Assembly (NCBI GenBank): GCA_030043865.1
Contig: JASHWZ010000177.1
Span: forward strand, 1-38,225
Length of the DNA: 38,225 bases
Reading direction: 5' to 3'
Source: Thermoplasmata archaeon
GTDB taxonomy: Archaea > Thermoplasmatota > Thermoplasmata > Lutacidiplasmatales > UBA184
Shown here: piece by piece, positions 34,408 through 38,225 of the stretch
How positions within the stretch are numbered: the stretch's first letter is position 1
Layout: each line of letters begins with the position of its first letter
The notes under the pieces: model-generated
Databases searched by the model: none
What the model was told of the DNA's origin: nothing
Seen by the model: only the letters and a program-made list of their open reading frames with translations
Made by a program: the position numbers and the translations under genes

Positions 34408-34507
34408 CCGTGGCACGGGCACCGGGAGCAGGTCCGCGAGCTCCCGACTCTCTCGAGCGAGCTGAGGACGCCGTTCGCCGTGGCGGCGACGCCCCGTCGG
34501 GTCGGGG

Positions 34508-36448
34508 TCACTCCGTGGTCGGAGGGCGGGCGAGCGCGGACTCGGGGGCTCGAATCCCTCGTCGGGTGACGAGCCCGAGCACACGGCTCGCACCTTCGGT
34601 CGAGACCACGGCCGCGACCTCGGCGTTCTGCTCTTCCATCCGACGCAAGGCTTCGCTCGCGGTCAGGTCGGCGGGAAGCAGCAGGTCCGCGGGTCGCGCG
34701 AGGTCCACCGCGTGGAGTTCGCTCCGTTGGTCCTGCGGGACCCGTAGGAGATCCGACAAGCGCACTGCGCCGTACCAGGCCCCGGGGGTCTCGACGGACA
34801 GGACCGCTCGACCGTGGGTCACGGCCGTGTCGATCGCGTCGCCGGCCGACATCGAAGGGGGCACCGCCTCGGATTCGTAGCTCGCGACCTCCCCGATCGT
34901 CGTAGTCGCGAGGAAGTAGCTCTGATACTCCTCGCGGTGGGCCGGGCTCTGAAGTCGGCTCGGCAGCTGCTCCGAGTAGATGTGGTAGGGGCCGGTCACG
35001 ACGTAGGCGACGAAGATCGACATCATCGCCGCCGGCAGGACGGTGTAACTGCCCGCCATCTCGACCACCATGATGAGCACGCCGAGCGGCGCCTTCGAAA
35101 TCCCTCCGAAGAAGGACATCATCCCCACGATCGCGAACACGGCGACGACGGTCGTCGGGACCAGCGAGGGGAACAGCATATGGAACGCGCCGCCGATCGC
35201 GGTGCCGAGGAACGCTCCCACGACGACGCTCGTACCGAACAGCCCCGCACTTCCCCCGGCGCCGACGACGAACGTCGTCATGACCATCCGAACGACGACC
35301 GCCGCGACCAGGATCGCGATCAGACCGACGGTGAACGTGCCCAGGTCCCCCGCGACCGCGACCTGGACGAACCCATAGCCGATGGATAGCGACGAGAGCG
35401 AGACAAAGTGACCTTGTTCGGGGAGGGCAAAGTAGGTACCGAGGAAGACCGCGGCGGCGAGTCCCGCGCCGATGGCGGGTCCCCAGGGCCGGGCCCACGA
35501 CCGGCTCGCGAACCACGCGTCGCCGCGACGGTACATCCAGGTGAACAAGATCCCGCTGGCCCCGCAGGCGATCCCGAGCGCGAGGTAGAGCGGGAGACGC
35601 TCCGGATTGAACGCGTAGTTGGCGAAGGCTGCCGAGGTCGCGAACAGGGTGTGGAAGCCGAAGATAGAGGAGTAGACGGAGTAGGCCACCACCGAGGCGA
35701 TGATGCCGGGGACGAACACCTCCGGTTCGAAGTCTCCCGTATAGAGGATTTCGGCGGCGTACACCGCCCCGCCGAGCGGGGCGCGGAAGATCGCGCCGAT
35801 CCCCGCGCCCATGCCGCTCGCGAGCGCGATGCGCCGGTCCCGATCGCTGAGGCCGACGAGGCTGGCCCAGAGCGAGCCGAATCCCCCTCCGATCTGGGAG
35901 ACCGGTCCCTCCCGGCCCCCGCTGCCGCCGGTCCCGAGCGTCACGGCGCTGGTGATCGTCTTCAGGATCGGGCCCCGCAGACGCACCCTGCCGGCCTGAC
36001 GGTGGAAGGACTGGATCGTGGCGTCGGTGCCGTGACCGGCGACCTCCGGCGCGAGCTTCCACGCGACGAGTCCCACGAACAGCCCGCCGCCGACCAAGAG
36101 CGCGGGGATCCAAAATAGGCGGGGCAGCGAACTCGCCCAAGTGAGCTGCGCCGGGTTCAGCGTCCCTTCGGCGGGGAGCGTCAGTCCGGCGAGCCCCGAA
36201 AGGAGGGCCTGGGAGACCACGGTGACCAAGTAGTAGAAGGCGGCCGCGCCCAGGCCCGCGACGATTCCGATGGGGACCGCGATCACCGCCCAGCGCGCCA
36301 GGTCTCGTGAGACCGCGACCCACGACCGGGATGTGGAGGGGCCGGCGTTCCCCGAACTCCGCCGCCAGAACTGCCACCGACTCGGGGCAGGGGGCGCGGG
36401 TCCCGAATTCGTGTGAGTTCCGGCGGTCGTTTCGCTGGACGAAGTCAT
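34508..36448 (-). CDS. ClC family chloride channel/antiporter with C-terminal CBS pair
   Basis: GGREGP (gating Glu), GAIFRAPLGGAVYAAEILY, many TM helices, and a C-terminal tandem CBS-like region. ATG 36448 (MTSSSETT) is preferred over TTG 36526. Confidence 0.85.
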   Translation of the reverse strand: MTSSSETTAGTHTNSGPAPPAPSRWQFWRRSSGNAGPSTSRSWVAVSRDLARWAVIAVPIGIVAGLGAAAFYYLVTVVSQALLSGLAGLTLPAEGTLNPAQLTWASSLPRLFWIPALLVGGGLFVGLVAWKLAPEVAGHGTDATIQSFHRQAGRVRLRGPILKTITSAVTLGTGGSGGREGPVSQIGGGFGSLWASLVGLSDRDRRIALASGMGAGIGAIFRAPLGGAVYAAEILYTGDFEPEVFVPGIIASVVAYSVYSSIFGFHTLFATSAAFANYAFNPERLPLYLALGIACGASGILFTWMYRRGDAWFASRSWARPWGPAIGAGLAAAVFLGTYFALPEQGHFVSLSSLSIGYGFVQVAVAGDLGTFTVGLIAILVAAVVVRMVMTTFVVGAGGSAGLFGTSVVVGAFLGTAIGGAFHMLFPSLVPTTVVAVFAIVGMMSFFGGISKAPLGVLIMVVEMAGSYTVLPAAMMSIFVAYVVTGPYHIYSEQLPSRLQSPAHREEYQSYFLATTTIGEVASYESEAVPPSMSAGDAIDTAVTHGRAVLSVETPGAWYGAVRLSDLLRVPQDQRSELHAVDLARPADLLLPADLTASEALRRMEEQNAEVAAVVSTEGASRVLGLVTRRGIRAPESALARPPTTE

Positions 36449-36649
36449 CCGTTCGCCTACAAGAACGGCGGCCCACCCGTCGATGGATAGTAGGCTTTGC
36501 GAGCGCCGCTCCGCGCCGGAGCCCAACGAGGAGGCGCACGGAGGATCGCACCGAGAGCGGCTCTCGCTCCCCAGGTCGTATCGTAGAACTCCCGACCTCC
36601 GCGGGTCGGCGTCCTCAGCGGCCGAGCGGGGAGGGAACGTGGTCGACGT

Positions 36650-36910
36650 TCACTTGAGCGGGGGTTGCCCGTAGTCGACCAGGATCAGCCGACACGCCGC
36701 GCAGCGGTAGGCCCGGAGCCGTGGCCCCTCGCTCCATCTCCAGAACGGCAGGTTCGCGAGCTCCATGTCCCCCGTACTGTCGGAATGCCATAGGATCGAG
36801 GCGGGTTCAATCCCCCGACTGTCTCCCTCGACGTATCCCGGGTCCATCGGCCGGCCGCACCGAGGGCAGTGGGGGAGCCCCGCGGGGAGGGGAGAGGACG
36901 GGGACGACAC
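36650..36910 (-). CDS. Small zinc-ribbon protein (CPRCG ... CAAC), DUF-type
   Basis: 86 aa with a GTG start and GGAG about 8 nt upstream. CPRCGRPMDPGYVEG ... RAYRCAACRLILVDY. Lies 22 nt after the TrmB-like gene. Confidence 0.5.
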   Translation of the reverse strand: MSSPSSPLPAGLPHCPRCGRPMDPGYVEGDSRGIEPASILWHSDSTGDMELANLPFWRWSEGPRLRAYRCAACRLILVDYGQPPLK

Positions 36911-36932
36911 GTTCCCCGCTCCGGCGACGCCT

Positions 36933-38207
36933 TCAGGCGGGCGTCGCGGTGAAGAGACAGCCGCGCGACGCGTGCTTCGTCGGGTCCGGCTTCGAGACCT
37001 CCCACCGTTGACCGAGGCGCGCTTCCAGCACCGTGCGCATGAGCTGCGGGCACATCACTCGGCCGATCTCGGGCGAGTCGGAGGTGCACGCGAAGCAGCC
37101 GGTGACCTGCAGGGTCAACGGACGCTCGCGGACCACCTTCAGGTGCCCCATCGTGTGGGTCTCGTAGTAGTTGCTCAGCGAGCGCGTCACCGCCTGCGGG
37201 GTGTCCCCCTCGACCTCGTCGGCGATCTGCCGGCCCAGCTGCTTCGCGATCGTTTCGATCAGCTCGGGCAGTTCGAAGTGGAACTCCCGGACGCCGGTGG
37301 CGCGCATCCCGAGCTTCGCGATCTCCTTCAAGCGCTGGAACGGCTCGCTCTCCTTCCCCTGTACGACCGGGATGACCGCGGACGTAGGGTTCTCGAGGTC
37401 CACGAACCGCGACTCCGCCCTCTCCGCCGGCGCCCAGAGTCGGCGGTGGTAGTCGCGCGCGAGCTGGACGAACAGCGGAGCGGACGACCAGAGCGCGACC
37501 TGCTCCTCGCCGGATCGGCCGAACCCCTCCTCGCCCGAGACGTAGGCGAGCGCCCCGGTCCGGTCGATGACGACCGACCGGTTCATCACCGGCCCGGCGG
37601 AGTGCCGCAGCTCCGCGAACGCGGCGAGGTGCTTCGCGTCCACGAGGTTCTGCGGGAACACCTCGGTGACGATCCGCACCTTGACGCCGCGCTCCTTCGC
37701 TTCGCGCAGCGCGCGGTCGGTCCCCGCATCGATGACCCGGGGGAGCGAGGAGCCGCTCGCGGTCAGGAGGATCTTGTGCTCGGCGGTGCCGAGCCGCTTC
37801 ACGAGGAAGCGGTGGATCGTCTCCCGGCCCTCGAGCACCGCGAACTTGCGGGGGTCCCCGTCGTCGAACTCCGTGCGGACGTCCTCCCAGTCCGTCAGGA
37901 TCTTCCCCCGGTCTTGCTCCAGCCGGCGCACGCGCTCGGAGGCGTGGCGGATCCAGCGGTCGAGGAGTTCGTCCGGCGGGACGGCCGCGAACCGCATCGG
38001 GCGCCCCCCGGTGGAATGGAGGAGGCCGTCGGCGGAAAGCTGCTTGATGAGGCGGTACGCCTCGACGCGGCTCACCGCGGAGAGCCGCGCCAGCTCGCTC
38101 GCCGTCTGCGGACCGGTCCGGCATGCCGCGAGGTAGACGCGGGCGCCCTTCTCCGGCACGCCGTGCTGAGCGAGAAGATCGCGTAGGTCGGAGCCCGGCC
38201 GCCCCAC
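36933..38207 (-). CDS. TrmB-family HTH regulator with TrmB-C-like middle domain and Cys-containing V4R-like C-terminal domain
   Basis: N-terminus LLAQHGVPEKGARVYLAACRTGPQTASELARLSAVSRVEAYRLIKQLSADGLL is a TrmB wHTH, followed by a coiled linker. The C-terminus VTGCFAC...MCPQLMRTVLEARLG...RGCLFT resembles a V4R domain (tentative). Confidence 0.65.
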   Translation of the reverse strand: MGRPGSDLRDLLAQHGVPEKGARVYLAACRTGPQTASELARLSAVSRVEAYRLIKQLSADGLLHSTGGRPMRFAAVPPDELLDRWIRHASERVRRLEQDRGKILTDWEDVRTEFDDGDPRKFAVLEGRETIHRFLVKRLGTAEHKILLTASGSSLPRVIDAGTDRALREAKERGVKVRIVTEVFPQNLVDAKHLAAFAELRHSAGPVMNRSVVIDRTGALAYVSGEEGFGRSGEEQVALWSSAPLFVQLARDYHRRLWAPAERAESRFVDLENPTSAVIPVVQGKESEPFQRLKEIAKLGMRATGVREFHFELPELIETIAKQLGRQIADEVEGDTPQAVTRSLSNYYETHTMGHLKVVRERPLTLQVTGCFACTSDSPEIGRVMCPQLMRTVLEARLGQRWEVSKPDPTKHASRGCLFTATPA

Positions 38208-38225
38208 GGGTTGACGAGCCGGCGG

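Noticed and set aside
34340-34465. 42-codon plus-strand ORF (41 aa + stop; MARIYNLGPPMYLLFDTGATMIH...) spanning the AT-rich island.
   Set aside because: Low GC3 in its first half, it runs through the tfb TATA box and repeat cluster, and there is no hydrophobic or structural pattern.
34390-34470. Possible C/D box sRNA (TGATAC ... CTGA) in the tfb/ClC spacer.
   Set aside because: The C box is not canonical (TGATA, not RUGAUGA), no C-prime/D-prime pair is present, and there is no terminal stem.
36449-36649. Possible fluoride (crcB-type) riboswitch upstream of the ClC gene.
   Set aside because: I could not find the conserved pseudoknot core elements as I remember them. Only generic GC hairpins are present.
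1-38225. CRISPR arrays, IS elements, integrases, prophage or plasmid genes, rRNA or tRNA genes.
   Set aside because: I saw no regularly spaced direct repeats, no transposase or integrase motifs in any ORF, and no intergenic region long enough. The four longest spacers are ~190-210 nt and were inspected individually.

Overview
Very GC-rich, tightly packed archaeal chromosomal segment. Archaeal hallmarks are PCNA, TFB, aIF2-gamma, ribosomal protein eS6, PurP, archaeal-type phosphopantothenate synthetase, an A24 prepilin/preflagellin peptidase and a Sec11-type signal peptidase. I call 45 protein-coding genes, two of them tentative 41-codon membrane micro-ORFs. They cover information processing (cysS, alaX, pcn, rps6e, eif2g, trm112, tfb), acyl-CoA, cofactor and nucleotide metabolism (thiolase, isovaleryl-CoA dehydrogenase, MCM B12 subunit plus MeaB, nadB, prs, purP, phosphopantothenate synthetase) and envelope functions (epimerase, GT4, GT2, signal peptidase, A24 peptidase, a sequon-rich membrane protein). 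There is also a TetR/tautomerase/MFS/VOC detoxification-like block, an ABC-2 exporter and a ClC channel. By eye I found no rRNA, tRNA, CRISPR array, transposase, integrase or long repeat, and no hallmark of a known defence system. Most gaps are under 100 nt. Promoters appear as small AT-rich islands 24-35 nt upstream of start codons (leaderless-like), and several gene pairs overlap by ATGA or GTGA. The most unusual items are an A24 peptidase whose conserved N-terminus has no canonical start codon, an orphan Cas4-like Fe-S nuclease with an unexplained C-terminal extension, a TrmB-HTH/V4R-like regulator + zinc ribbon + ClC-CBS cluster, a small-protein/wHTH/GNAT operon, a signal peptidase with long charged tails, and a few unusually long (about 200 nt) non-coding spacers. 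All calls come from motif recognition in the supplied translations; no database search was run.
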